NCBI GenBank assembly: GCA_963716745.1
Contig: OY970320.1
Coordinates: forward strand, 32,001-96,000
Direction: 5' to 3'
DNA: 64,000 nucleotides
DNA from: an uncultured Gemmatimonadaceae bacterium
GTDB lineage: Bacteria > Gemmatimonadota > Gemmatimonadetes > Gemmatimonadales > Gemmatimonadaceae
Shown: positions 19,415 to 28,765 of the stretch, piece by piece
Numbering within the stretch: the stretch's first letter is position 1
Layout: each line of letters opens with the position of its first letter
Translations under genes and position numbers: made by a program
The notes under the pieces: generated by a model
The model's database searches: none
What the model was told of the DNA's origin: nothing
What the model saw: only the letters and a program-made list of their open reading frames with translations

Positions 19415-19887
19415 GCGCCGTGATGCAGCAGGTGGTGACGTTCCGCCTCGGCGACGACCGGTTCGCCGGCAATGTCGCGGCCGTCGAGCGCGTGCTGCGC
19501 TGGGTGAAGCCCACCACGCTGCCCGGACTGCCCGCGTGGCTCGACGGCGTGATCGAGCATCAGGGACGCGTGGTACCGGTGGTGGACCTCCGCACGCGCT
19601 TCGGCCTCGAGCGCCGCGAGCCGAAGCCCGAGACGCGCATCATCCTCTTCGCATCGGGCGACGAATGGATCGGCGCGGTGGTGGATGCCGTGCTCGAGGT
19701 CGTGGCCATTCCCGCCGACCGCGTGGCCGAACCGCCCAAGGTGTTCCGCGGGCTGCGCGCCGAGTACCTGCGCGGTCTCGTGCGGCAGGACGACGGCCTC
19801 ATCATCTTCCTCGACGTGCCGCACCTGCTCAATGCGAGCGAGCGCGTCGAACTCAAGAAGGCGGCCAAGGCGGCGATAGATGGCTGA
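19411..19887 (+). CDS. cheW: CheW-like protein
   Basis: VVTFRLG...LPGLPAWLDGVI..QGRVVPVVDLRTRFG...IGAVVDAV. Confidence 0.88.
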   Translation: MSAVMQQVVTFRLGDDRFAGNVAAVERVLRWVKPTTLPGLPAWLDGVIEHQGRVVPVVDLRTRFGLERREPKPETRIILFASGDEWIGAVVDAVLEVVAIPADRVAEPPKVFRGLRAEYLRGLVRQDDGLIIFLDVPHLLNASERVELKKAAKAAIDG

Positions 19888-20740
19888 CGAAGCGAGCGGG
19901 TTCCGTCAGCAGTACGATGCGATCGCGGCGCGCCTCGAGGACGCGGGTGCGCCGGATGCGCGCGATGCGATCAAGGGCGAGATCATCGCGCTGTTCAAGC
20001 AGCTGGAACAGGAGATCGCGCAGATGTCGGTGTTGCGCGACAATGTGAAGAAGCTCGTCGAGCGGTGGAAGCAGCTGCAGCAGTCATCGGCGCCGTCGAA
20101 CGCGCCCGAATTCGCGAGCGAACGGCCGGTAGTCGCCGACCACATCGGTGCGTCCACGTTCGTGGAGAAAGGCTGGAGCCTCATCTCGCTCGGCGATCAC
20201 GAAGGCGCCGAGCGCGCACTGCTCAAGGCACTCGAACTGTCGCCGAACGATCCGCAGACCGAGTCGCTGCTCGGCTGGGCCCAAATGCTGCAGGAGAAAT
20301 ACGACGAAGCGCTGCTGAACTTCCAGAAGGTGCTCATGCGCCAGCCGACGAACTCGCTGGCGCGCATCAACCTCGGCTACATCTGTCTCAAGAAGAAGAT
20401 CTTCGGCGAGGCGATCGAGCATCTGTCCAAGGCGATCCGCCTCGACAACGATCGCAAGGCCACGCTGTACGCGCACTTCTACCTCGGCCTCACCTATGCC
20501 GAGCGCGAGATGTACGAGGACGCGCAGACCTTCTTCCGCAAGACGCTGTCGATCGGGCCGAATCTGATCGAAGCGTACTACGAACTCGGCCGTGCGCTCT
20601 GGTTCGAAGGAAAGCAGGACGATGCGAAGCAGGCGTGGCGCGACGGACTCGCCGCCAACAAGTTCAATCCATGGGGGAAGCGCTGCGGCGAGATGCTGAA
20701 GCACGTCGAGGACGGGGGCGTGCCCTCGCGATCGTCCTAG
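19880..20740 (+). CDS. Coiled-coil + TPR protein
   Basis: N-terminal heptad-like helix, then TPRs (ALELSPND, ARINLGY, AHFYLG, EAYYELG). Confidence 0.85.
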   Translation: MADEASGFRQQYDAIAARLEDAGAPDARDAIKGEIIALFKQLEQEIAQMSVLRDNVKKLVERWKQLQQSSAPSNAPEFASERPVVADHIGASTFVEKGWSLISLGDHEGAERALLKALELSPNDPQTESLLGWAQMLQEKYDEALLNFQKVLMRQPTNSLARINLGYICLKKKIFGEAIEHLSKAIRLDNDRKATLYAHFYLGLTYAEREMYEDAQTFFRKTLSIGPNLIEAYYELGRALWFEGKQDDAKQAWRDGLAANKFNPWGKRCGEMLKHVEDGGVPSRSS

Positions 20741-21714
20741 CGCTCCTGCTCGTGGCGGCGCCCGCGCGCGCGGCGCGCGCGCAAGACGCGAAGATCACGC
20801 GCCTCACGGCGGGACGATTCACCATCATGGCGGGCGATGCGGATCTTCCGCTCGCGCACACCCTGCTCGACAGCGCGGCGGCGCGCGATACGTTCCCCGG
20901 GCTCCCGCGTCCACGCGACGCCGTGCTCATCGCCATCGCCGGCGGTTCGCGCCAATTCCGGGAATGGGCGGGCGCCGGCGCGCCGGAGTGGGGCGCGGCC
21001 GTCGCCATCCCCGGGGAGCGGCGCATCGTGATGCAGGGCAGCCGCGCGGGATCGGACGCCGGCGAACCGGTGTCGGTGCTGCGGCACGAACTCGCGCATC
21101 TCGCGTTGCACGAGGCGATGGGCGATCTGCCGCCGCGCTGGTTCGACGAGGGATACGCGAGCTGGTGCGCGCGCGAGTGGGCGCGCGACGAGGTGCTCGC
21201 CGCGAGCGTCGGCCTCGTCCTGGGCGGCGTGCCCGCGCTCGACTCACTCGACGATGGGTTCACCGGCGGGGCGGTGCGCGCGGGCACCGCGTACGCGCTG
21301 TCGTATCGCGCCGTGGCGGACCTCGCGCAGCTCGACAGCGTGCGCGGGCTGTCGCTCTTCCTGGAACGGTGGCGCGCGACGGGCTCGATGGACCGCGCGA
21401 TGCGCGAGGCGTACGGACTCACGAAATCGTCGTTCGAGCAATCCTGGCGCGCGCGCACGATGCGCCGCTACGGTGCGCTGGCGATCCTCGCGAATCTCAC
21501 GGCGCTCACCGCGATCCTCGGCGTAGTGCTCATCCCGCTGTATGCGGCGCGGCGCCGGCGCGACCGCCGCCGTCTCGACGCGATGCGGGCGGCTGAGGAG
21601 GCGGCCGAGCGCGCGGCGCGGCAGAGTGCGATCGAGGCCCTGCTCGCGAGCGCCCGACCGGACCGTGCGCCACCCCGCGATGGCGAAGCGCCGCCCGGGT
21701 CGAACGAGCCCTAA
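20671..21714 (+). CDS. Exported HEXXH (clan MA-like) metallopeptidase-domain protein with C-terminal TM anchor; start uncertain
   Basis: Signal-like ALAIVLALLLVAAPARA, LRHELAH...PRWFDEGYA, C-terminal hydrophobic helix followed by an Arg cluster. Confidence 0.72.
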   Translation: MGEALRRDAEARRGRGRALAIVLALLLVAAPARAARAQDAKITRLTAGRFTIMAGDADLPLAHTLLDSAAARDTFPGLPRPRDAVLIAIAGGSRQFREWAGAGAPEWGAAVAIPGERRIVMQGSRAGSDAGEPVSVLRHELAHLALHEAMGDLPPRWFDEGYASWCAREWARDEVLAASVGLVLGGVPALDSLDDGFTGGAVRAGTAYALSYRAVADLAQLDSVRGLSLFLERWRATGSMDRAMREAYGLTKSSFEQSWRARTMRRYGALAILANLTALTAILGVVLIPLYAARRRRDRRRLDAMRAAEEAAERAARQSAIEALLASARPDRAPPRDGEAPPGSNEP

Positions 21715-21733
21715 CTGCCCACCGCATCGTTGC

Positions 21734-21762
21734 TTGACACTGCCAGCGGGGCGGCCTATCCT
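21734..21762 (+). promoter_or_regulatory. Sigma70-type promoter
   Basis: TTGACA (21734-39), 17-nt spacer, TATCCT (21757-62); upstream of a small ORF and tRNA-Val. Confidence 0.75.
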
Positions 21763-21771
21763 TTAGAACTT

Positions 21772-21942
21772 ATGCAGAAAACGGAATCGAAACCGCGCAT
21801 GAAGGCGGCACTCTGGTGGTCGCTCGCGGCGCTTGCGCTCGTCGTTGGCTATGCGGACCTCGTCCGTGGCGGCGACACCATCGCTCCGGTGCTCCTCGTG
21901 ATCGGCTATTGCGTGCTGGTCCCGGTGGCGATTCTCACGTAG
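21772..21942 (+). CDS. Small two-TM membrane protein (alternative start 21799)
   Basis: Two hydrophobic stretches separated by ADLVRGGDT; directly after the promoter. Confidence 0.55.
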   Translation: MQKTESKPRMKAALWWSLAALALVVGYADLVRGGDTIAPVLLVIGYCVLVPVAILT

Positions 21943-21968
21943 TTTCCCCCGTCGCCGACGATCGCGTA

Positions 21969-22042
21969 GGGCGAATAGCTCAGCTGGTTAGAGCGCCTGC
22001 CTTACACGCAGGATGTCGGGGGTTCGAATCCCTCTTCGCCCA
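21969..22042 (+). tRNA. tRNA-Val (TAC); CCA not encoded
   Basis: Acceptor stem GGGCGAA/TTCGCCC, D-arm AGCTCAGCTGGTTAGAGC, anticodon arm CCTGC-CTTACAC-GCAGG, T-loop GGTTCGAATCC. Confidence 0.97.
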
Positions 22043-22111
22043 TTCAGAGTCCCGCCGGACCTGCAATGTCGCGGTGGGGGTATCAGAATACACATTCGGA
22101 GGTTTGCGCCC

Positions 22112-23911
22112 GTGAAGGCAATGAATCGTGGTCCCGTCGCACTCTTCGCGCTCCTCGCTGCGGCGGCCGCCGCCGTGGGCCCGCTCGCCGCACAGAAGTC
22201 CGGCGAGGAGGTGCCGCGCCTGATGGTCCTGCCGTTCCGCGGGAACGAGAAGGGCCTCGGACCGCAGGCATCCGAAGAGGTCCGCCAGCACATCGCGTCG
22301 GATGTGAGCGTCAAGCAACTCGCGGTGATCGCGAAGACCACGGTGTGTGCGAACCTCGAGGCGTCGGGCTTCAGCTGCGATAGCGCGCCCAATGCGCTCA
22401 CCGCCCGGCTGCTCGCGACCACGCTGCGCACGGAAGAGTACGTCGAAGGCAACGTCACGAAGACGGGAGCGGCCTACAAGCTCGACGTCCGCTACTACGT
22501 CACCGGCTTCATCGATTTTGCGCAGCCGCTGCCCTCCGTGAGCGGTACCAAGCTCGGTGATCTCGCATCGCAGGTCTCCAAGTCGTTCCAGGCATCGCGC
22601 AAGCAGGTGCCCGACTTCGTGAACTGCATGCACAAGTATCAGAACAACGATCTCGACGGCGCGATCCTCTCGGCGCGCGCCGCCATCACGATCTATCCCA
22701 GTTCGACCATCGGCCGCGTTTGCCTGGCGAACGCCTGGGTGAAGAAGGACTACAACAGCGATTCGATCGTCGTCGTCGCGACGCGGGTCACCGAGCTCGA
22801 TCCGCGGAACAAGCTTGCGTGGGATATCCTCGGCGAGGAGTTCCGCAAACGGGGCCAGGCGGCGAAGGCGGCCGGCCAGCAGGACAGCGCGCGCTTCTAT
22901 CTCACGAAGGCCGTGGAAGCGTGGGGCAACCTGATCGCGATCGATCCGAAGAACCCGCAGCTGGTCTCGCGCGTCGTGAACCTCATCGGCGCAAGCGGGT
23001 ACGCGGCGGCGGCCAAGCCGATCATCATCAAGGCGGTCGATGAGAATCCGGGCGACCCCGATCTCATCAAGCTCGAGTGGCAGATCCTGCTCGCCACGCG
23101 CGACACCGTGGACACGCGCCGCGCGACGGTGATCGGTGAAGAGATGGTACGGGTCGATACCTCGGCCGCCGACACCACCTTCTTCATTCGCCAGGCGGCC
23201 GCGTACGCGCAGCTGCAGGAAGTGAAGCAGGCGGTCACTACGACGTCCACCGGCCTCGCGAAATTCCCGCTCAATCCGACGCTCTGGGCGATCAACTCGC
23301 AGGTGCAACGCCTCGCCGGCAATCCGCAGGCGGCGCTCAATGCGGCGAACCAGCTCATCAAGCTCGATTCCAGCAACAGTCACCCGTACATCCTCGCGGC
23401 GCAGGCGAACATCGACTTGCAGCGGCCCGACCAGGCGATCGCCATGATCCGGCTGGCGCTGAAGCCGCCGAAGGGTCCCGCCAAGTCGGGGCCCGATTCG
23501 GTGCATGCGGCGCAGCAGTTGAGCACCGACTCCGCCATCGCCGGCAAGCAGCTCCTACTCGTCGTGGGCAACCAGGCGTACAAGGCCGCCAAGGCGGCCC
23601 AGCCCCAGAATGCGGAGGACTACAAGCGCGCGGTCGCGATCCTGTCGCTCGACGACAGCATCGCGCCGAGCCCGCAGGCGAAGTTCGTGAAGGGCCTCGC
23701 CGCGTTCTCGGTGGGTGACATGGCGGTGCGTGCGAACGTGACGGCGAAGCGGTGCGATCTGGCGAAGGAGGCGCAGGACTATCTCCTCATCGCGCAGATC
23801 AACGTCGCCGCCGGTGGCTCGATCGACGCGAAGGTCGCGCAGCAGATCCTCGGTGCGCTGCAGCAGTACACCCCCGCCGTCGACGGACAGCTGAAGAAAT
23901 TCTGCAAGTGA
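22112..23911 (+). CDS. Exported TPR-like helical-repeat protein
   Basis: GGAGG RBS, signal peptide (ALFALLAAAAAAVGPLAAQ), repeated ..LDP.N TPR-like ends, several Cys. Confidence 0.75.
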   Translation: MKAMNRGPVALFALLAAAAAAVGPLAAQKSGEEVPRLMVLPFRGNEKGLGPQASEEVRQHIASDVSVKQLAVIAKTTVCANLEASGFSCDSAPNALTARLLATTLRTEEYVEGNVTKTGAAYKLDVRYYVTGFIDFAQPLPSVSGTKLGDLASQVSKSFQASRKQVPDFVNCMHKYQNNDLDGAILSARAAITIYPSSTIGRVCLANAWVKKDYNSDSIVVVATRVTELDPRNKLAWDILGEEFRKRGQAAKAAGQQDSARFYLTKAVEAWGNLIAIDPKNPQLVSRVVNLIGASGYAAAAKPIIIKAVDENPGDPDLIKLEWQILLATRDTVDTRRATVIGEEMVRVDTSAADTTFFIRQAAAYAQLQEVKQAVTTTSTGLAKFPLNPTLWAINSQVQRLAGNPQAALNAANQLIKLDSSNSHPYILAAQANIDLQRPDQAIAMIRLALKPPKGPAKSGPDSVHAAQQLSTDSAIAGKQLLLVVGNQAYKAAKAAQPQNAEDYKRAVAILSLDDSIAPSPQAKFVKGLAAFSVGDMAVRANVTAKRCDLAKEAQDYLLIAQINVAAGGSIDAKVAQQILGALQQYTPAVDGQLKKFCK

Positions 23912-23934
23912 CGGGTGCCGGAGTGCCCGACGCG

Positions 23935-23971
23935 CGAGCGCCCGCCGGGATCCGGCGGGCGCTCGTCGTTT
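23935..23971 (+). terminator. Probable intrinsic terminator
   Basis: 14-bp perfect stem CGAGCGCCCGCCGG-gat-CCGGCGGGCGCTCG followed by TCGTTT (short U tract). Confidence 0.65.
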
Positions 23972-23991
23972 AAGCCTTTGCGAGGTCGTGC

Positions 23992-24942
23992 ATGACGGGT
24001 ACGGCGGTGGACGGCAGCGGTTGGGCGAGCGAGTACCACGCGCCGGTGCTCGCGGCGGAGGTCCTCGCGCTGCTCGAGGGTGCGCACCGTGTCCTCGACG
24101 GCACGCTCGGCGGAGGCGGACATGCGCTCGCGCTGCTCGAGCGTGGCGCCCACGTCACCGGCTTCGACCGCGACCCGCGCGCGATCGCCGCGGCGCGTGA
24201 CCGGCTGGCCGCGTTCGCTGCGCGTGGCGCCTTCGAGGCGACTCAGGCGAATTTCTCGGACGAGGATGCGGTGGCCGTCGCGGCCGGGCCCGGATTCGAT
24301 GCGGTGCTGCTCGACCTCGGCGTCTCCTCCCGGCAGTTGGACGACGAGTCGCGCGGATTCTCCTTTCGCGCCGGCGCACCGCTCGACATGCGCATGGGCG
24401 ACGACAGTCTCGAGAGCGGTGCGGAGTGGCTCGACCGCGCGGACGAGACGGAACTGACCCACGCGTTCCGCGAGTACGCCGATGAACCGCGGGCCGGCCG
24501 CTTGGCGCGCGAGGTCATGCGGCGACGGGCCACGAGGCCCTACGCGACGAGCGACGATCTCGTGGGCGCGATCCGGGGCGCACTGGGGCCGCGCACCGGG
24601 CCGCCCGATTTCGCGCGCCTCTTCCAGGCGGTGCGGATCGCCGTGAATGGCGAGCTCGAGGGGCTCGAGCGCGCGCTGCCGATGCTGCGCGACCGGCTCG
24701 TGCCGGGCGGGACGCTCGCGGTGATCAGCTATCACTCGGGCGAGGACCGTCTCGTGAAGCACGCGTTCCGGGAGTGGAGCGCGGCCTGTGTGTGCCCGCC
24801 GCGGCAGCCGGTGTGCACCTGCCGCGGCCACGCGCTGGGCACGACGCTCACGCGCAAGGCCGTCGTTGCGGGCGCACTCGAGATTGCAAGCAACCCGCGC
24901 GCTCGCAGCGCACGGCTCCGCGCATGGCGAAAGGGCGCGTAA
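23992..24942 (+). CDS. rsmH: 16S rRNA m4C1402 methyltransferase
   Basis: HAPVL, DGTLGGGGH, DLGVSS.QLD..RGFSF, PLDMRM, SYHSGEDR, NPRARSARLR. Confidence 0.96.
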   Translation: MTGTAVDGSGWASEYHAPVLAAEVLALLEGAHRVLDGTLGGGGHALALLERGAHVTGFDRDPRAIAAARDRLAAFAARGAFEATQANFSDEDAVAVAAGPGFDAVLLDLGVSSRQLDDESRGFSFRAGAPLDMRMGDDSLESGAEWLDRADETELTHAFREYADEPRAGRLAREVMRRRATRPYATSDDLVGAIRGALGPRTGPPDFARLFQAVRIAVNGELEGLERALPMLRDRLVPGGTLAVISYHSGEDRLVKHAFREWSAACVCPPRQPVCTCRGHALGTTLTRKAVVAGALEIASNPRARSARLRAWRKGA

Positions 24943-25298
24943 CGGGAGGCGGCACGACGCCGCCGCGCTCGCAGGCGTCGCGCACGGGGAAGCGTCGCCG
25001 TGCGGGCGGCGCCGCACCGCGCGGCCGCACGTGGGTCGCGCTCGTGATCGCCGGTTTCCTCCTGCTGCTATTGGGCGTCATTTGGAGGAGGGCAGTGGGC
25101 CGTGCGCAGGCGCTCGAGCTGCAGGTGCTCGAGGCGCGGCGCACGCAGTTGGACGCACAGCGTTCGCAGCTCGAGAGCGACATCCGCGATCTCTCGAGCA
25201 GGGCGAAGCTGGCGCCGGCTGCCGAGAGCCGCCTCCACATGCACGTTCCGAACGACACCGAGCTCGTCATCCTTCGCCGGACGCCGCGCACGCCCTAA
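24924..25298 (+). CDS. ftsL: FtsL-like cell division protein (start uncertain)
   Basis: Basic N-terminus, single TM, coiled coil; lies between rsmH and ftsI. Confidence 0.7.
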   Translation: MAKGRVTGGGTTPPRSQASRTGKRRRAGGAAPRGRTWVALVIAGFLLLLLGVIWRRAVGRAQALELQVLEARRTQLDAQRSQLESDIRDLSSRAKLAPAAESRLHMHVPNDTELVILRRTPRTP

Positions 25299-27299
25299 AT
25301 GCTTCGCCCCAGTCGCCTCGCGCTCTTGCACGCGCTGCTCGTCCTCTTCGCTATCGCGCTCGTCGGGCGCGCGGGACAGGTGCAACTGTGGCAGCGGGGA
25401 CTTTGGGAAGCGCGCTCCGAAGCGCAGCACTTGAAGCCGGTGGAACTCCCGGCGCCGCGCGGCGACATCTTCGACGAGCGCGGGCATCCGCTCGCGGTCA
25501 CGCGTCCCGCCGTGCGACTTGGCGTAGCGCCGCGCGAGATCTTGCACGCCGACAGCGCGATGCGCGCGATGGCCCGCATGGGCGTGCCGGCCGACCTCAT
25601 GCGCCGCGCGGTGGACACGTCGAACGCGTGGGTACAGTTCCCCGGTCTCTACGCCCCGGCGCGCGCGGCGGGCTTCATGGCAATGCGCGGGGTGTACGCC
25701 GAGCCGACGCTCGAGCGCGTGTACACCGCGCGCGAGGCGACGCAGCGCGTGGTGGGCGTGGTGGATGGCGCGGGCGCGCCGGTGGATGGACTCGAGCTCG
25801 CGCTCGACACGGTGCTGCACGGCACGCCGGGGCGCGCGACGCTCGAGCGCCTCACGCGCGGCGGCCGCTTCGTGCTGGCCGGCGACACCGCGCTGCCGCC
25901 GCGCGCGGGTGATGTCGTGGTACTCACGATCAACGAGTCGCTGCAGGAGATCGCGCAGCGCGCGCTGGATTCCGCGGTGGCGGCGAGCGGTGCGAGCGGC
26001 GGCGATCTCGTGGTGCTCGACCCGGACGATGGCGAGATCCGCGCGATGGCGAGCCGGCGCCGCGATCCGCGCTCAGCGGGGAGCCCGGCGCTCGCCGAAC
26101 CGTTCGAGCCCGGCTCGACGCTCAAGCCGCTCATCGTCGCGTCGCTGCTCAGCGCGGGGCGCGCGCAGCCCGACGAGCGCATGAACACCGAGGGCGGCAA
26201 GTGGACCGTGGCGGGACGCACCATCACCGATGAGCATCCCGCGCCTTCGCTCACGCTGCGCGAAGTGATCCGCTGGTCGAGCAACATCGGGATCGTGAAG
26301 TTCTCCTCGCGCCTCTCGTCGCACGAGGAGTACGGCGTGCTGCGCGATTTCGGCTTCGGCACGGTGACCGGCGTCCCGTTCCCGTCGGAGGCGTCGGGCA
26401 CGCTGCGCGCGCCGGCGGCGTGGTCGAAGCAGTCGCCGGCGTCGCTCGCGATGGGCTACGAAGTGGCCGTGACGCCGCTGCAGCTCGCGGCGGCGTACGT
26501 GCCGATCGCGAACGGCGGCGAACTGCTCGAACCCGCGCTCGTGAAGGAGATCCGCGCGGCCGACGGCACGGTGCTGTACCGTCACCAGCGCCGCGTGGTG
26601 CGGCGCGTGATCGATCCCGCTTCGGCGGCGGCCGTGCGCGCCATGATGATCGACGTGGTGGACCTCGGCACCTCGCAGAGCGCCGCGATCCGCGGCTTCC
26701 AGATCGCCGGCAAGAGCGGAACCTCGCGCCGCGCGGCGCCGGGCACGCACGCCGGCTATACGGCGGGGCACTATACCGCGTCGTTCGTGGCGCTCTTCCC
26801 GGCCGAGCATCCGCAGTACGTGATGCTGGTGAAGCTCGACGATCCGCCGCGTCAGTATTTCGGCGGCCGGGCCGCGGCTCCCGTATCGAAGCTCGTGATC
26901 GAGGCGGCGCTCGCATCGCGCGATGCCTCGCTCGATCGCGACGCGTTGGCGGCGGAGTCGCTGAATTCCGGGGAAGCGGGCATCGCCCATCGTGCATCGT
27001 TCATCGCAAACCGTGCCGATTCCGATGCAGTTGCGATGCCCGATGCCCGAAGCACGATGCCCGACACAGCTATTTCTTTCGACATCGGCAGCCTCGTGCA
27101 CCCATCCGTCGCGGGTTCATCCGCGCACGCGGTTCCCGCCGTGAAGGGCCTGAGCATTCGCGCCGCCGTATTGGCGCTGCATCGCGCCGGATTCCGCGTG
27201 CAGGTCGGGAACGTCGGCGCGTCCGCGTCGGGTACGGTGCCGGCGGCCGGTGCCGCGCTCAAGTCCGGCGCGATCGTCCGCGTCGTGAGCGGGCCGTGA
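25299..27299 (+). CDS. ftsI: Class B PBP (FtsI) with C-terminal PASTA-like domain
   Basis: RGDIFD, EPGSTLK (SxxK), SSN, GKSGT; VPAVKGLS PASTA-like end. Confidence 0.93.
   Translation: MLRPSRLALLHALLVLFAIALVGRAGQVQLWQRGLWEARSEAQHLKPVELPAPRGDIFDERGHPLAVTRPAVRLGVAPREILHADSAMRAMARMGVPADLMRRAVDTSNAWVQFPGLYAPARAAGFMAMRGVYAEPTLERVYTAREATQRVVGVVDGAGAPVDGLELALDTVLHGTPGRATLERLTRGGRFVLAGDTALPPRAGDVVVLTINESLQEIAQRALDSAVAASGASGGDLVVLDPDDGEIRAMASRRRDPRSAGSPALAEPFEPGSTLKPLIVASLLSAGRAQPDERMNTEGGKWTVAGRTITDEHPAPSLTLREVIRWSSNIGIVKFSSRLSSHEEYGVLRDFGFGTVTGVPFPSEASGTLRAPAAWSKQSPASLAMGYEVAVTPLQLAAAYVPIANGGELLEPALVKEIRAADGTVLYRHQRRVVRRVIDPASAAAVRAMMIDVVDLGTSQSAAIRGFQIAGKSGTSRRAAPGTHAGYTAGHYTASFVALFPAEHPQYVMLVKLDDPPRQYFGGRAAAPVSKLVIEAALASRDASLDRDALAAESLNSGEAGIAHRASFIANRADSDAVAMPDARSTMPDTAISFDIGSLVHPSVAGSSAHAVPAVKGLSIRAAVLALHRAGFRVQVGNVGASASGTVPAAGAALKSGAIVRVVSGP
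26977..27063. repeat. Imperfect inverted repeat built of 7-mer units, inside ftsI
   Basis: (CATCGnn)x4 ... (CGATGnn-like)x4; 33-nt arms pair at 27/33. Confidence 0.7.
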
Positions 27300-28765
27300 A
27301 GCCCTTCGCCACCGCGCGCGTCGCGGACGCGCTCAAGCGGGCGGGGCTGCTCGTGGAGATCACCGGCGCGCTTCCCGAGCGCGCGGGCGACATCACCGAC
27401 GACAGCCGCGCGGTGACCACCGGCGCGATGTTCATCGCGGTGAAGGGCTCGATGCAGGACGGCCACGAATATCTCGAGGACGCGGCGGGTCGCGGCGCAT
27501 CGGTCGCGATCGTCGAGCAGCCGGGGCGCACCGCGCTGCCGTCCATCGTCGTGCGCGAAGGCCGGCGCGCCGCCGCCATCGCCGCCGCCGCGGCGTTCGA
27601 GGAGCCGGCGAATGCGCTGCGCATCGCGGCCGTCACGGGCACGAACGGCAAGACCACCACGGTCGGCATCCTGCGGCATCTGCTCGACGCGCCGGGCGCG
27701 CGCTCGGCGTCGATCGGCACGCTGGGCGTATTGCTCGGCAGCGCCGGCACGCCGGTGGAAGGCGGCGCGGGACTCACGACGCCCGGCCCTGTGGAGCTGC
27801 AGCGCGTGCTGCGTGCGCTCGTGGACCAGGGCGTGCGCTCGGTAGCGATGGAAGTCTCGTCGCACTCGCTCGACCAGCGGCGCATCGACGGACTGAAGTT
27901 CGAGGTGGCCGTGTTCACGAACCTTACGCGCGACCATCTCGACTATCACGAGACGATGGACGCGTACTTCTCGGCGAAGGCGCGGCTCATCGAGTATCTC
28001 ACGCCGCGCGGCGCGGCCGTGATCAACGGCGACGACCCGGCGTGGGAGCGTCTGCCGCCCGCGCCCTGCGTCATCACGTTCGGGCTCGGGCCCCTCGCGA
28101 CCGTGCGCGCCGAAGCCGTGCATTACCAGCCGCGCGGCAGCGAATGGCGGTTGTGCGCCGGTACGCAGCGCCACGCCCTGCGCTTGCCGCTCATCGGCGA
28201 TTTCAATGTGCGCAACGCGCTGGCCGCGGCGGGCGCGGCGTGGCACCTGGGTCTCACCTTCAGCGCGATCGCGGCGCGGCTGCGCACGGTGCCGCAGGTA
28301 CCGGGCCGCCTCGAGGTGATCCACGAGTGTCCCACCGTGCTGCGCGATTACGCGCACACGCCCGATGCGCTCGAACGCGCGCTCGCGGCGGTGCGTCCGT
28401 TCACGCGCCGGAAGCTCATCGTGGTGTTCGGATGCGGCGGCGATCGCGACCGCGGCAAGCGCCCCACCATGGGCGCCATCGCCGAGAGCAAGGCCGACAT
28501 GGTGATCCTCACGAGCGACAATCCGCGCACCGAGGATCCCGACGAGATCCTGGATGGCATCGAGCGCGGAATGCGCCGTGACAATCACGAGCGCCTCGAG
28601 GACCGGCGGCTTGCGATCGCGCGCGCGCTCGAGATCGCCCGCGCCAACGACGACGTGATCCTCCTCGCGGGCAAGGGGCACGAGACCTATCAGATCCGTG
28701 GCACGGCGCGCCTCCCGTTCGACGAGAAGGCGATCGTCGCCGAGCTGACGGGAGCCGTCGCGTGA
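27296..28765 (+). CDS. murE: UDP-MurNAc-tripeptide synthetase (meso-DAP type)
   Basis: VTGTNGKTT, MEVSSH, TNLTRDHLDYH, DYAHTPD, GCGGDRD, DNPR, AGKGHE. Confidence 0.96.
   Translation: MKPFATARVADALKRAGLLVEITGALPERAGDITDDSRAVTTGAMFIAVKGSMQDGHEYLEDAAGRGASVAIVEQPGRTALPSIVVREGRRAAAIAAAAAFEEPANALRIAAVTGTNGKTTTVGILRHLLDAPGARSASIGTLGVLLGSAGTPVEGGAGLTTPGPVELQRVLRALVDQGVRSVAMEVSSHSLDQRRIDGLKFEVAVFTNLTRDHLDYHETMDAYFSAKARLIEYLTPRGAAVINGDDPAWERLPPAPCVITFGLGPLATVRAEAVHYQPRGSEWRLCAGTQRHALRLPLIGDFNVRNALAAAGAAWHLGLTFSAIAARLRTVPQVPGRLEVIHECPTVLRDYAHTPDALERALAAVRPFTRRKLIVVFGCGGDRDRGKRPTMGAIAESKADMVILTSDNPRTEDPDEILDGIERGMRRDNHERLEDRRLAIARALEIARANDDVILLAGKGHETYQIRGTARLPFDEKAIVAELTGAVA

Noticed and set aside
21969..23911. 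Genomic island or prophage integrated at tRNA-Val
   Set aside because: No integrase, no repeat of the tRNA 3' end seen, and the flanking genes look like core genome.
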